64,000 bases of DNA from Candidatus Zhuqueibacterota bacterium (GCA_049322915.1 JBMOPW010000004.1:32001-96000), one strand, 5' to 3'. Numbered from the stretch's first letter, positions 27,340 through 37,904 are shown. A program made the numbers and translations. The notes: generated by a model from the sequence alone, not told the origin.

Positions 27340-28317
27340 ATGACTCACTATTCTGAACATACAATTGCCACGAAAACCGCTTACAATCGAATCGCGAAAT
27401 ATGTACGGCATACGCCGATGGAAATCTGTCGGTCATTGAGTCGATTGTCGGGCGGAACAGTGTACATGAAAATGGAGCACTGGCAACACACTGGTTCATT
27501 CAAAGTCCGCGGCGCGTTGAGCCGCATGATGACGTTATCCGAGGCGGCGAGAGAGAAAGGCATTATTACGGCATCGGCTGGCAATCACGGACTCGGGGTT
27601 GCCTATGCCAGCGAAATATTAGGCATTCGGTCCCGCATTGTTTTGCCTGTCACTGCTTCGCCCACGAAATTGCGATTGCTCAAATTTTACGGGGTGGAGA
27701 TTGTCCAGGCCGGCGAGGACTATGACGAGGCCGAGGATATCGCCCATCGAATCGAAGCGGACTGCGGTCTCACATTTGTCCATGCGTTCGACGATGCAAA
27801 AATCATCGCTGGCCAGGGCACGTTAGCGCTCGAAGTATTGAAGGACCTGCCCGATCCGGATATCTTTCTGGTGCCGCTTGGCGGCGGCGGACTCATTTCC
27901 GGCATGGCCATCACACTGAAAAAGTACTGTCCTCATGCGAAAGTCATTGGCATTCAGAGCACGGCCTCACCGGCGGTGTACCGCGCGCTTCAGGCGAACC
28001 AGGTCATCGAAACCCCCATCGACGAGACGATTGCCGATGGATTGGCCGGCCGATTGGTCAGCCCCAAAATCTTCGAGACCATTCAAAAGTACGTCGACGA
28101 CGTGATTCTTGTCGACGAGAAAGACATTGTCCTTGCCATCCTGTATTTGTTGCAGCAACAACACACGCTCATTGAAGGCGCGGCTGCTGTGGGAGTTGCT
28201 GCGCTACTCTCCCATAAAATCTCCATCACCAACAAAAAATGCGTCGTTCTGCTGACCGGCAGAAATATCGATGTGTCCACTGTCAAAACGGTGATGAACC
28301 ATAAATTCGAAATATAG
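27340..28317 (+). CDS. threonine/serine dehydratase family PLP enzyme (no regulatory domain)
   Basis: KMEHWQHTGSFKVRGA; ASAGNHG; AGQGT; VPLGGGGLISG; TIADGL. Confidence 0.92.
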   Translation: MTHYSEHTIATKTAYNRIAKYVRHTPMEICRSLSRLSGGTVYMKMEHWQHTGSFKVRGALSRMMTLSEAAREKGIITASAGNHGLGVAYASEILGIRSRIVLPVTASPTKLRLLKFYGVEIVQAGEDYDEAEDIAHRIEADCGLTFVHAFDDAKIIAGQGTLALEVLKDLPDPDIFLVPLGGGGLISGMAITLKKYCPHAKVIGIQSTASPAVYRALQANQVIETPIDETIADGLAGRLVSPKIFETIQKYVDDVILVDEKDIVLAILYLLQQQHTLIEGAAAVGVAALLSHKISITNKKCVVLLTGRNIDVSTVKTVMNHKFEI

Positions 28318-28448
28318 CACGAGTTGAAAAAAAGCGGGGAGTGTTTGTTTCGGCGTCCCTGTCAGAAGGCGAATATTACAGGCATCTCCCTTTGCGCTGA
28401 ACTTGATAAAGCAGAACAATTTCCAGGATATTCAGTTTGGAGATTGAA

Positions 28449-29234
28449 ATGACGGATGTTCTTCACAGCATCGTCGCCTCGCTGGACGGGCGCGATGACG
28501 AGATTTTCCCGTTTATTCCCCACATTCTTCAGGACTTGTGGGAGATTGGATCGAATCCGGCAACCATCAGCGATATGATGAAGCGGCATCAACTGGCGGC
28601 AGGCGATCCGACCCATGTGCTGGATCTGGGCTGTGGCAAAGGGGCTGTGTCGATTCGCCTTGCCAGAGAATTTCCCACGGTTAGGATCCTGGGTATCGAC
28701 GCGATGGAGCCTTTCATTCAGGATGCAACGCGATACGCGGAAGAATATGGTGTGACTGATCGATGTCGCTTCCGCATTGGGGACATTCGAACGGAAGTGC
28801 CTCAACTGACAAATTTCGATGTCGTCATCCTGGGCTCAATCGGCCCGGTGTTTGGAACTGTCGGGCGCACCCTGCTTGCGTTGAGAAAATGTTTGAAAAA
28901 TAACGGAACCATCATTTTGGATGACTGTTACATCCCGGATACAAGTCCTGACCAGGTGGGGAATTATGAAAAACGCGCAATGATTGTCAAGCAGTTTCAG
29001 CAGAGCGGATTTGAAATCGCTGAAGAGTGGTTTTGCGGGGAAGCGTCTATCAAGGATTCCAACGAGGCGATGTACACGGCGATAGAGAATCGCTGCAAGG
29101 AACTCATTGCCCATCATCCGGAAAAGACGGAGCTTTTCGAAGGCTATCTCCGGGCGCAGATTGAGGAGAACGAAGTTCTGGAATGTGAGGTCATCGGTGT
29201 GACATGGTTATTGAAATATCGGGAGTTGATGTGA
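28449..29234 (+). CDS. class I SAM-dependent methyltransferase
   Basis: VLDLGCGKG; GIDA; FDVVILG; SD GGAG before ATG 28449. Confidence 0.9.
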   Translation: MTDVLHSIVASLDGRDDEIFPFIPHILQDLWEIGSNPATISDMMKRHQLAAGDPTHVLDLGCGKGAVSIRLAREFPTVRILGIDAMEPFIQDATRYAEEYGVTDRCRFRIGDIRTEVPQLTNFDVVILGSIGPVFGTVGRTLLALRKCLKNNGTIILDDCYIPDTSPDQVGNYEKRAMIVKQFQQSGFEIAEEWFCGEASIKDSNEAMYTAIENRCKELIAHHPEKTELFEGYLRAQIEENEVLECEVIGVTWLLKYRELM

Positions 29235-29261
29235 GAAAAAATCGCGGTAAGTCAAGAAGGT

Positions 29262-29933
29262 CTATTCCACGTGGGTGATTATTGACTGCCGCGACACGGA
29301 GAATTCCTTGCTCTTCCCGGCGATCACCCGGTCGCCAAAGCCGGTGAGCGCCATGAGCATTTTGAAAATCCCGCCCTTTATCTGCTTCTCCTGCTGATCT
29401 GCATCTCCCAATTTTTTCAACTGAAAACTTTTAACCTCGCCGCCAAGCCAGTTTTTGATCTCCTGGTAATTTTCCACAGATAATGGCCGCAGAACCACTT
29501 TGACGGTGACGAAGTAGTGCGCGGCGCTGTCCATCCGGCTGATGAAGTGAATAGGGCTATTGGAAATGATCGAGCATTTGTCGCGCACGGTCTCGATTGA
29601 GCTCGTCATGCGCGTTTCGTCCCGGCTTAAAATGACGTATTTGTTCTCCCAGTTGTCATAATAGACTTTCATGCGAACGGCGTTTTCAGCGATGAGATTG
29701 TTGATCCAGCCGCTCTTCTTCTCCCATAATTGAATCTGGTATTCAAGCGTGCTGGTCAATCCCTTCTGCAAGCCTTCGGAAATTTTTTGATCGATGATTC
29801 CTTCCACAGTGAAATCAAGGAGCAGGACATCCGCTTTGACTTTCACCGAATCGATGAGAACCCGTTTGCTGGCGCCAAACGCGACACCAGTCCCGATCGT
29901 ACAGAGCAAGATTGTCAGTATGATTTTTCTCAT
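29262..29933 (-). CDS. exported protein, DUF4390-like
   Basis: Signal peptide; EGLQKGL...LEYQIQL; VYYDNWENKY. Confidence 0.6.
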   Translation of the reverse strand: MRKIILTILLCTIGTGVAFGASKRVLIDSVKVKADVLLLDFTVEGIIDQKISEGLQKGLTSTLEYQIQLWEKKSGWINNLIAENAVRMKVYYDNWENKYVILSRDETRMTSSIETVRDKCSIISNSPIHFISRMDSAAHYFVTVKVVLRPLSVENYQEIKNWLGGEVKSFQLKKLGDADQQEKQIKGGIFKMLMALTGFGDRVIAGKSKEFSVSRQSIITHVE

Positions 29934-30044
29934 GGAAGGAAAGATATTTTGACTCCATAATTCCGATGACCGGACTATCAGAACACGCTCCGAATCTGTC
30001 CATTGCGTGCGCTTTCCGCATCGGATAATTTAAAATTCACAAAT

Positions 30045-30220
30045 AAAGACGCGATCCTACTCCTGCCGGGATGTAATCACCCCGGAAAACCGCGTTCCGG
30101 ATGAGGGCCTGGCCGCGAACTCGGTGCGTCGCTCCCGTTTTTTTACCCACGATGCAAGCGCAACTCTCCCGACTCATTGAACCGTGCCCTTTCGGCGCCT
30201 GGTGCCGAAACAGGCGCTGT
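30045..30220 (-). ncRNA. candidate structured non-coding RNA (6S-like size; identity unknown)
   Basis: TG-TATAAG -10-like box just upstream on the minus strand; long irregular stem with G-U pairs on the minus strand; several hairpins; U-rich end. Confidence 0.35.
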
Positions 30221-30452
30221 AATTTTCTTATACATAACGAAAAGACGCTGAAAAGGTTCACACAAATCAGGCGAAAATCGAAGGAGTCGTGCAGATGCCG
30301 GATCCGGAACGGGATCGAACGATGATTCCCCAGCAGGAATTTTAGTTCAGCAATGTATCGACGAACAGCGTTTGCGCCTGCCGGCCGCGTCAATCCCCCA
30401 TTTCCCGCGCCGGATGGAATTGATCCAACTGGGTATAGCATCCGAATTCAGT

Positions 30453-31319
30453 CTAAATTTTTTGGATGACAAGCCCGATCCATTCGTCCTGTCTGGATTC
30501 CTCAATCACCTGAAAACGACCGGTCAGCTCAGATAAAATTTTCTCCCGCTCATCGAAAAGAATGCCTGAAAGAATGGCGATCCCTGACGACTTCAGGCGC
30601 GCCATCAGGCTATTCAAATATTCTAAAATGATTGTCCGATTGATATTGGCCAGGATCAGATCAAACGATTGTTTGTGTATCGCATCCAGCGCGCCGCAGA
30701 AAAGTCGGATTCTTTCTGCAACATTATTGTTAAGAAAATTCTTTTGGGCTGTCTCCGCGGCGATGGGATCATTGTCGAACGCAACAATTTCTCCGTCTGA
30801 AAGTTGCGCCGCTGCAATGGCGAGAATGCCTGTCCCTGTGCCAATGTCCAGAGTTCGGTGGTGAGGCTGAATGTATTTGAGCAGAAACTTCAATACCAAC
30901 TGCGTGGTGGCATGGGTGCCGGTGCCAAATGCCATTTGAGGATCAATTTCAATGACGCGAGTCCCGGGCGGCGGCGCATAGTCGGACCAGCTCGGCTTGA
31001 TGACGATTCGTCCTTCAATGTCGATCGGCTTGATCGACTTTTTCCAGATGGCATTCCAGTCCTTATTTTCGAATTCCTGATGAGAGACTTTTTCCGGCTG
31101 CACAGGAAAGCCCATTTCTTTCAACTGACCGAGATAGCCGATCAATTGCAGATATTTTTCTTTATTCCAATTCTGGTATTTGAAATACGCGTGAAGATGG
31201 TTTTCAAAGGTGGAACAGCCGTCGGCGCCCAATTCGAAAAGAAAATTGGAAAGGATTTCCTCCATTTCCGGGGAGATGGTCAGACCGACTTCTATCCAGG
31301 TATTTTTTGTTTTGTTCAT
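30453..31319 (-). CDS. prmA: 50S ribosomal protein L11 methyltransferase
   Basis: DWN..WK; IDPQMAFGTGTHATT; LDIGTGTGILAIAA; DLILANI; ILSGIL. Confidence 0.96.
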   Translation of the reverse strand: MNKTKNTWIEVGLTISPEMEEILSNFLFELGADGCSTFENHLHAYFKYQNWNKEKYLQLIGYLGQLKEMGFPVQPEKVSHQEFENKDWNAIWKKSIKPIDIEGRIVIKPSWSDYAPPPGTRVIEIDPQMAFGTGTHATTQLVLKFLLKYIQPHHRTLDIGTGTGILAIAAAQLSDGEIVAFDNDPIAAETAQKNFLNNNVAERIRLFCGALDAIHKQSFDLILANINRTIILEYLNSLMARLKSSGIAILSGILFDEREKILSELTGRFQVIEESRQDEWIGLVIQKI

Positions 31320-31342
31320 GACACAATCACGTTTAGGGTGAA

Positions 31343-33025
31343 TTACCAGTTCCCGCGCAGTCCAATCTCGAAGTAGATGCCGGTCCCGGCGTAGCCTTGC
31401 CACGGTTCGTTTGTCTGGTTGAGAAGATTTTTGCCATTGATGAAACCGATCACATGCGTGTGAACTTTCATCTCCACGAGCAGGGAGAGCAGGCCGTAGC
31501 CAGCGAGGGTGTCAGTGGAATTGAGCGCATAATAACGCGGGCCGATCCATTGAAATCCCAGTTTGGCTGAAGTCATCTTCGTGATCTGATATCCCAGATT
31601 GACAGGAATTTTATAGCGTTCCAGGTATGGAATATGGTCGACCGAAGAGGCTGAACTATCGCCCGGAACGCCGTACAGCCATTGCAGACCGACATCGAAC
31701 AGAATGTCCGGTGAGAGGTTCATTTTGCTCTTCACGGTGAGAGATGTGAGATCGACGGAATTCATGTCCGACAGCGAAATAAGTCCGGTGCTCACATCGC
31801 GATGCCAGAAGGCGTAATGAGCCCAGTCCTGATAGGCAGCTTCGGCCATAAAAGTGATCGCGTTCGTGGGACGATATTCCATGGAGGCTTTCAATTCCAG
31901 ATCTTTTTTCGCCGGGATAAAATCGAAGGCGTGCGAGATGAACGGATTGGTCTTCCACTGCTGCGAGAAAACCAATGGCGAATACTCCCGTCCGGCACTG
32001 AGACGAATGCCAAATGTTTGAATCGGGGTGTAGATGACTTCGACTTCCGGGGAGAGGAGCGTTTCGCTGAAGCCATTGCTGAGGTCGATATTTTCCAGTG
32101 TCAGCCCTGGCCTGATGACGACAAATTTGCCCCAGGGCTGGAGCACCCACGTCTTCAAAGCGATATATTTCTGTGAGTTGCTGAGGTCGGGATCGTCGGC
32201 AGTGTTGATTTTGTTATACTGATACAATCCGTTGAAATGGACCCGCGTCGCCCTGATTTTCGTCGTGTAGGCTGCGGACAATCCGACATTCCTTTCGCTC
32301 AGTTCTGAACGGTAGTTGGCGGTGTCGGCATCCTCAAAATTATTCAGATGGAGCGAGAGTCCGAATTCAATGGCTTGTTCCGCAGATATATTCCAGTGCG
32401 AATCGAAATCGAATTTTTTATTGCTGACGTTTCGTTTCAGGTCGTGCAGCGCCACGTTGTACATGCCGTAATCGGATGTGTACAAATGGCCACGGGCTGT
32501 CATGAAGAACTGGTCAGACAGATAGCCGCCGAACTGTCCATCCACCAGCCCGATGAAATACTGGCTATTCCCGAACTGGCCGTTGCTTCGGGAATACCTG
32601 CCGCTGAAACTGGTATTGATTTTATCCAACTCCTGCCAATATCCAGCCAGCGCATCGAACTGCTGAAATCTCCCATAATCGATTTGCACCATGGTTCGGG
32701 ATGAAGCGCGACCATCGGCCTGGTTGAAGGATACTTTCTGGTTGGCAAAATCCTGAGCATTGGAAACCGGCTGGTAATTTTCAGTCGGCGGGATCAATTT
32801 CACATCGTCCTGACGGGAGTCAATTTTATCGCCGGGGGTGCGCGCCGATTTATCCGTGCCATAAATCAGCACATCCGGCAATTCGATCTTTTCCTTCGAC
32901 GGGACGATCTTGCTGGAATCCGGCGGAACTGTCTTCTGAGTTTGGGCAAGCGCTGTTTGCGGTTGCATCGATACAACCATGGCGCCCGTAACCAGCAGCG
33001 CGAAAAATTTCTGAGCGATATTCAT
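31343..33025 (-). CDS. TonB-receptor-like outer-membrane barrel, apparently lacking a full plug
   Basis: Signal peptide; IELPDVLIYG (TonB-box-like); C-terminal FINGKNLLNQ...WQGY...FEIGLRGNW; only 560 aa. Confidence 0.7.
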   Translation of the reverse strand: MNIAQKFFALLVTGAMVVSMQPQTALAQTQKTVPPDSSKIVPSKEKIELPDVLIYGTDKSARTPGDKIDSRQDDVKLIPPTENYQPVSNAQDFANQKVSFNQADGRASSRTMVQIDYGRFQQFDALAGYWQELDKINTSFSGRYSRSNGQFGNSQYFIGLVDGQFGGYLSDQFFMTARGHLYTSDYGMYNVALHDLKRNVSNKKFDFDSHWNISAEQAIEFGLSLHLNNFEDADTANYRSELSERNVGLSAAYTTKIRATRVHFNGLYQYNKINTADDPDLSNSQKYIALKTWVLQPWGKFVVIRPGLTLENIDLSNGFSETLLSPEVEVIYTPIQTFGIRLSAGREYSPLVFSQQWKTNPFISHAFDFIPAKKDLELKASMEYRPTNAITFMAEAAYQDWAHYAFWHRDVSTGLISLSDMNSVDLTSLTVKSKMNLSPDILFDVGLQWLYGVPGDSSASSVDHIPYLERYKIPVNLGYQITKMTSAKLGFQWIGPRYYALNSTDTLAGYGLLSLLVEMKVHTHVIGFINGKNLLNQTNEPWQGYAGTGIYFEIGLRGNW

Positions 33026-36000
33026 TTATTTTCCAACGATTTCTTGAAGTTTAAGCTGAGCCTTTTGCTGAAATTCAGCGTCCTGGAATTGCTCCAAAAT
33101 GGTCCGGTACAGCAGGCGCGCTTCGCCGTACTGCCCCTGGTTCTCATTGGAAACAGCCGCCTGAAATACCCCTCGGACAATCCAGTGCTGAACATTGGGA
33201 AACAGATATTTTATTTTCAGGAATTCCCGCGCAGCCCTGGAATAATCCTTCTGGTTGAAATAGACCTGGCCGATCCAGTACTGGGCTTCTGCGGAGACGT
33301 CGCTGCTGTGGGCATCCACGACGGATTGAAGCGCTGTCAGTGTATCCGGATACAGCCCGCGCCTCAGCCCGATTTTGCCGATTTCCAGTTGCGCTTTCAA
33401 ACCCGTCTCCGTCCCATTAAATTTTTTCTGAACCTGCTGCAACACTGCTTCGGCATTATCAATTTGATTGAGATGCAAAAAACAGATACCAACCTGCAAC
33501 AAAGCCCTGCCCTCGTTTTCAGTGCCAGCCGATTTTTCTGATGCGCGTTTGAACACTTCGATAGCGCTGGAATAATCGGATTGTCCCTGGTAAATCGACC
33601 CGACTTTGAGCAATGCTTCGATTGAACTAGGGCTGTCCTGATACAAATTCGCCTGTCGGTTGAATGCATCGATAGCCTGAGCGCGTTCGTTCAGATTCAA
33701 ATGACATTCTCCGATATGGTACCAGGCCGCGGATGCAGGTTCGGAACGAGGGTAGCTATTCAATAGCGCCTCATAGGCGACGATGGCGTCCCGGTATTTA
33801 TTCAGATTGAACAGTAGTTCAGCTTTTCTGCCGGATAAATTGGCGGCCAATTCCGAGTCCGGATTTTTTTGAATATACTCATCGCCAAAACGGAGCGCCT
33901 CGTCAGTTTCTCCCTGCTGCAGCATGGCCCACTGAATGCCGCTGATGGCGTCGTCAACCAGCGGACTTTCCTGGTGGTGTTGCAGCAGTTGAAAATATTG
34001 CTGCACAGCCTCATCGTATTTGCCGAGATTGTAATAACAATCCGCCTGGGCATAGACAGCGTCATCGATGAACTGACTGGCTGGAAAATTAGCCAGGACT
34101 CGCTGAAATTCCGTGAGCGCCAGATCATAGCGGCCATCCTGAAAATAGGATTTGCCGGTCATAAATTGCGCTTCCGCTGCCCATGCGCTCGTGGAATACA
34201 ATGAAATGACCAGTTGAAATTCATTGGCTGCGGCATGATAGTCAGCCCGACGGAACAAGCTCACACCGATTTGAAATTGCGCTTCGGCTTTGATGGACGA
34301 ATCGATATTCAGCTTCTGCGCCTTGCGGTAATCGGCAATGGCGCCTTCGTAGTCTTTGAGGTTGAACAAGACATCGCCGCGCCGGATCATGGCGTCGCCC
34401 TTCATGGATTCGTCGCTCGAAAGCCGAATGGCCTGATTGAAATTCTCGGCAGCAGCCTTGAAATTAGTCTGCTTGAAATTGCACCAGCCCAATCCATAGT
34501 GACTCTCGGCCAGTTTGGACGATTTGGGAAATTGCGCGATGAGTAATTGATAGGTTTTCGCCGCCTGCGCTAGTTCATGCAAATTGAACAGGACTTCCGC
34601 CTTCCAGAATAATGCATGGTCGGTCTGGACAAAATCTGGATAGTCGTTCAAAATCGCATTGAATTTACTGAGCGCGGCCTGGTACTGGTCGCGCTGCAGC
34701 AAACACCAGCCATATTTCAGGTACGCCAGCGGCGCGATGGTGGAATTCCGGTACCGCTCCAGAACGGATTGGTAAGCCATCTCAGCCTCGGGGCAGTTGC
34801 CCTCGTCGCGAAAACATTCACCGACCATGAATCCTGCCTCGGGCGCCAGGTTGCTGGAAGGGAACTGGGTCATCACTTTCTTGAAGAACGTTCGCGCCGG
34901 CCCAAGGTTGCCCTGCGAAAAATCAATGGACGCAATTTCATAGAGCGCGTCGGCGACCTTGGCGTTGGTCGGGTATTGCTCGATCAAACCGATGAGGGTT
35001 TGCCGGGCCAGCGTTGTCTCTCCCATTCGATTGTAACAGCGACCTTTATGGTACAGCGATAGCGGCCGAAACTGACTTTCGGGATAGGTTCGGATCAGCG
35101 TATCGAATTCTTTGACCGCTTCAGCGCAATTTTCCAATTTGATATAGGCCCAACCGAGGCCGTACTGACAATCATCGGCAGCTTCAGGATCCAGCGCTCC
35201 ACGAATGACTTTTTTATACTGCTCGATGGCTTTTGAGAAATTGTTCAATTTGAAATAGGCTTCCCCTGAGATGAATTCAGCGCGACCGCGCAGTTTATCA
35301 TCCGGGTATCTGGCGACGGCGGACGCCAGCAGTTTGATTGAGAGGTCATAATTTTTGCTGCCGTAGGCGGAGAAGCCAATGCGATACTGGCACACCGAAA
35401 TCAACGCGCTGTTGGGATAGTCATTCAGTAATTTTTTATAGGTAGTGATGGCCTTTTCAAATTCACTGTCAGATTCGAAAATGAAGCCAACGGAGTAGAT
35501 CGCATATTCCGCCAGGCTGCTTTTGGGATAGAGATTGAACACCTGCGCGTAGTGCAGCGAAGCTTCTTTCTTCAGGCCCAGCCGGTATTCAGACTCCGCC
35601 AGCCAGTAATAGGCGTCGTCCAGCAAATTCCCATCACTCGAAGTGAGGATGAATTTGTTCAGTACTTCTTTGGCCCGGGAAAATTGATTCAGATGAAAAT
35701 AGGCTTCCCCCACTCTCAGATTCGCTTGCTCACGATGCTCGATGGCCGGCGATGACGTGAGCAAATTTTGATACACGCTGACCGCCCGCGAATAGTCCTT
35801 CAGATTGAAATACGACTCGGCCAGGTAAAACGTCGCCGATGCGCTGTGCGAGCTATTCGGATATTGAGAGAGAAAATCGGAAAGCTGGTCAACAGCCATT
35901 TTATACAGACCGTCCTGGTAAATGCCCCTGGCTGCTGTGAACGCCTGTTCTTCCTGTGATTGGTGAATTTGCGAGAGTGAAGCTGAATGACACAGAAAAA

Positions 36001-36037
36001 GAGTGCATGTAAGAATGAACCATGAGTGAATTTTCAT
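33026..36037 (-). CDS. large exported TPR protein (YbgF/BamD-like repeats)
   Basis: Signal peptide; more than 20 repeats of the form YP.S...A.Y..G; directly abuts the barrel gene. Confidence 0.9.
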   Translation of the reverse strand: MKIHSWFILTCTLFLCHSASLSQIHQSQEEQAFTAARGIYQDGLYKMAVDQLSDFLSQYPNSSHSASATFYLAESYFNLKDYSRAVSVYQNLLTSSPAIEHREQANLRVGEAYFHLNQFSRAKEVLNKFILTSSDGNLLDDAYYWLAESEYRLGLKKEASLHYAQVFNLYPKSSLAEYAIYSVGFIFESDSEFEKAITTYKKLLNDYPNSALISVCQYRIGFSAYGSKNYDLSIKLLASAVARYPDDKLRGRAEFISGEAYFKLNNFSKAIEQYKKVIRGALDPEAADDCQYGLGWAYIKLENCAEAVKEFDTLIRTYPESQFRPLSLYHKGRCYNRMGETTLARQTLIGLIEQYPTNAKVADALYEIASIDFSQGNLGPARTFFKKVMTQFPSSNLAPEAGFMVGECFRDEGNCPEAEMAYQSVLERYRNSTIAPLAYLKYGWCLLQRDQYQAALSKFNAILNDYPDFVQTDHALFWKAEVLFNLHELAQAAKTYQLLIAQFPKSSKLAESHYGLGWCNFKQTNFKAAAENFNQAIRLSSDESMKGDAMIRRGDVLFNLKDYEGAIADYRKAQKLNIDSSIKAEAQFQIGVSLFRRADYHAAANEFQLVISLYSTSAWAAEAQFMTGKSYFQDGRYDLALTEFQRVLANFPASQFIDDAVYAQADCYYNLGKYDEAVQQYFQLLQHHQESPLVDDAISGIQWAMLQQGETDEALRFGDEYIQKNPDSELAANLSGRKAELLFNLNKYRDAIVAYEALLNSYPRSEPASAAWYHIGECHLNLNERAQAIDAFNRQANLYQDSPSSIEALLKVGSIYQGQSDYSSAIEVFKRASEKSAGTENEGRALLQVGICFLHLNQIDNAEAVLQQVQKKFNGTETGLKAQLEIGKIGLRRGLYPDTLTALQSVVDAHSSDVSAEAQYWIGQVYFNQKDYSRAAREFLKIKYLFPNVQHWIVRGVFQAAVSNENQGQYGEARLLYRTILEQFQDAEFQQKAQLKLQEIVGK

Positions 36038-36114
36038 ATCATTGAAATATTATAGGTTGACCTGCCGAAACGATTGTGCTAATTATACGATACTAACACG
36101 AAAAATGTCCAAAG

Positions 36115-37011
36115 CTAAAAATTGACATCACTCACAATCACTTTCAGCGCCTTGGGAAGCATGGTGACAATGACCCGCTTGTCCCCTTCGTGGACTTCGC
36201 CGTCGAGTGTGTACGGCGCCGGATACTCCCTGAGAATTTCAAAGTGGGTCGCTCTGAAAATCTTCGTGTAGGGAGTTTTATCGATATTGCCGGTGAACAG
36301 CGTGGGCAAATAGTAGACTGTCTCGACGAGATTTGTTTGCTGAATGATCGCGAGGTCGAAAAGCCCATCGTCCGGTTTGGCATTAGGCGCTATTATCGCG
36401 TTATTGCCGTACTGTTTGATGTTGGCAATGGCGACAACGAGCGCGTTGGTGCGAATCACCTGATTGTCAAATTTGATGATGTATTTGGGCGCGCGGTAGC
36501 GAAAGAATTCTGTCAGTCCGGCCAAATAGTAGGGAGCGGGACCCCGAATTTTACCGTCTTCAAATTTTTTCCCAACGATGGCATCAAAGCCGAGGCCGGC
36601 GATGACGAAAAAATAGCGATTCCCAATCTGCCCGACATCGATCGGTCGATCCTGCCCGACAGTGATCATCCTGGCAGCGCGGCGAATCATCAGCGGAATT
36701 CCCAATCCTCTAGCAAAACCATTGCCGGAGCCGAGCGGGATGATGCCCAGCGACGTGTCGGAATTGACCAGCCCTGAGGCGGCTTCGTTCACAGTGCCGT
36801 CGCCCCCAATAGCCACGACAATATCATACTGTTTTTCGACGGCTTCGCAGGCTAATTCATAGGCATGGTTCTTTGCCATGGTGATGTTAAAATCAAAGCT
36901 GCATAAATTTTTCGGGAAATAATACTCGATGGCTTTTTTGATATATTGGACCGGGTGAATGATCCCTGACTTTGGATTCAAAATGAATCGGATTCTTTTG
37001 GCGTTACCCAT
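36115..37011 (-). CDS. diacylglycerol kinase family lipid kinase (YegS/BmrU-like)
   Basis: ILNPKSG; AIGGDGTVNE; IIPLGSGNGFAR.LG; DDGLFD; LDGE. Confidence 0.95.
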   Translation of the reverse strand: MGNAKRIRFILNPKSGIIHPVQYIKKAIEYYFPKNLCSFDFNITMAKNHAYELACEAVEKQYDIVVAIGGDGTVNEAASGLVNSDTSLGIIPLGSGNGFARGLGIPLMIRRAARMITVGQDRPIDVGQIGNRYFFVIAGLGFDAIVGKKFEDGKIRGPAPYYLAGLTEFFRYRAPKYIIKFDNQVIRTNALVVAIANIKQYGNNAIIAPNAKPDDGLFDLAIIQQTNLVETVYYLPTLFTGNIDKTPYTKIFRATHFEILREYPAPYTLDGEVHEGDKRVIVTMLPKALKVIVSDVNF

Positions 37012-37434
37012 GACTTCGCTTTCTCACAGTCTGTATTCGCTTTTCACTCAATCGGATTGTGGAGAGTGTGAACTTATGTTTTTCAAAAACTGACATGGAA
37101 ACGTAGCTGATAATTTGCTTGAATCTTTGGGCGCAGCAGTGAAAAAATTATCGAGCGAACAAACCCACTTGTTCAATCCTTCTGCGTTGAGCCGAAGATA
37201 TGAGACCATAATGCCAGCGGAATATCTGTTTCATTCACTCAGACAACGAAAGAGTGGCAAAAGTTTTTAATGCCGCGATTCTGTGCGCCTCTGATTGGTG
37301 CAAAGCTTTGGATAAAAATAATTATCTGTGAACCAAAAGTCAAGTGAAAATTATACATGCAGTGATTTTGTGGCAAGCTGATACAGGCAGAAAATGAATT
37401 GGGAAAGATCGCCTTTGGGAGAAGTCCGGGAGCG

Positions 37435-37821
37435 TTATGCCATGCGCTGCGCTCCCAGAATAGAGTGAATTTTCTCGTGCAGGTCATTAAGTTTGAATGG
37501 CTTGCTGATAAAGTCCTGTGCGCCGCATTTCAGCATTTCGTCGAGATGGGCATGGTCAGAAAATCCTGTGAGGACGAGGACCGGGCAGTGTTGTTCCGGG
37601 TCTGATTTTCGAATTTCCTGCAAAGCCCGAACGCCATCCATTTCCGGCATTTTAATATCCAGAAAAATCAGATCCGGGTGAAATGCATGGTATTTATTCA
37701 GGCCATCAAAGCCATCGACTCCCAGCTCCACCTGGTAACCAGCGGATTCCAGCATCCATTTAAAGAGATTTCGAATTTCACTGTCATCGTCGATGACAAG
37801 AATGATTGGTTTTTTGATCAT
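37435..37821 (-). CDS. single-domain response regulator
   Basis: ILVIDDD; PDLIFLDIKMPEMDG; LTG; FISKPF. Confidence 0.95.
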   Translation of the reverse strand: MIKKPIILVIDDDSEIRNLFKWMLESAGYQVELGVDGFDGLNKYHAFHPDLIFLDIKMPEMDGVRALQEIRKSDPEQHCPVLVLTGFSDHAHLDEMLKCGAQDFISKPFKLNDLHEKIHSILGAQRMA

Positions 37822-37872
37822 GAGGAATCAATTTTGAACAGGTGAATTTCATCGATGATGTTTTGATTAATT

Positions 37873-37904
37873 AAAAAAGGCAGCGGAACGAGGTCCACTG
37901 CCTT
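37873..37904 (-). terminator. intrinsic terminator
   Basis: Minus strand AAGGCAGTGGA-CCTCGT-TCCGCTGCCTT-TTTT; the G-U pair is only possible on the minus strand. Confidence 0.8.

Noticed and set aside
30170..30220. glmS ribozyme (AGCGCC start) or glycine riboswitch (CGCCGAA) match
   Set aside because: The downstream conserved cores (GACGAGG; CUCUCAGG) are missing and the gene context does not fit.
30037..30441. 134-aa and 74-aa ORFs in the prmA downstream spacer
   Set aside because: Arg/Cys/Pro-rich non-protein-like composition and no SD; the region looks structured and non-coding.
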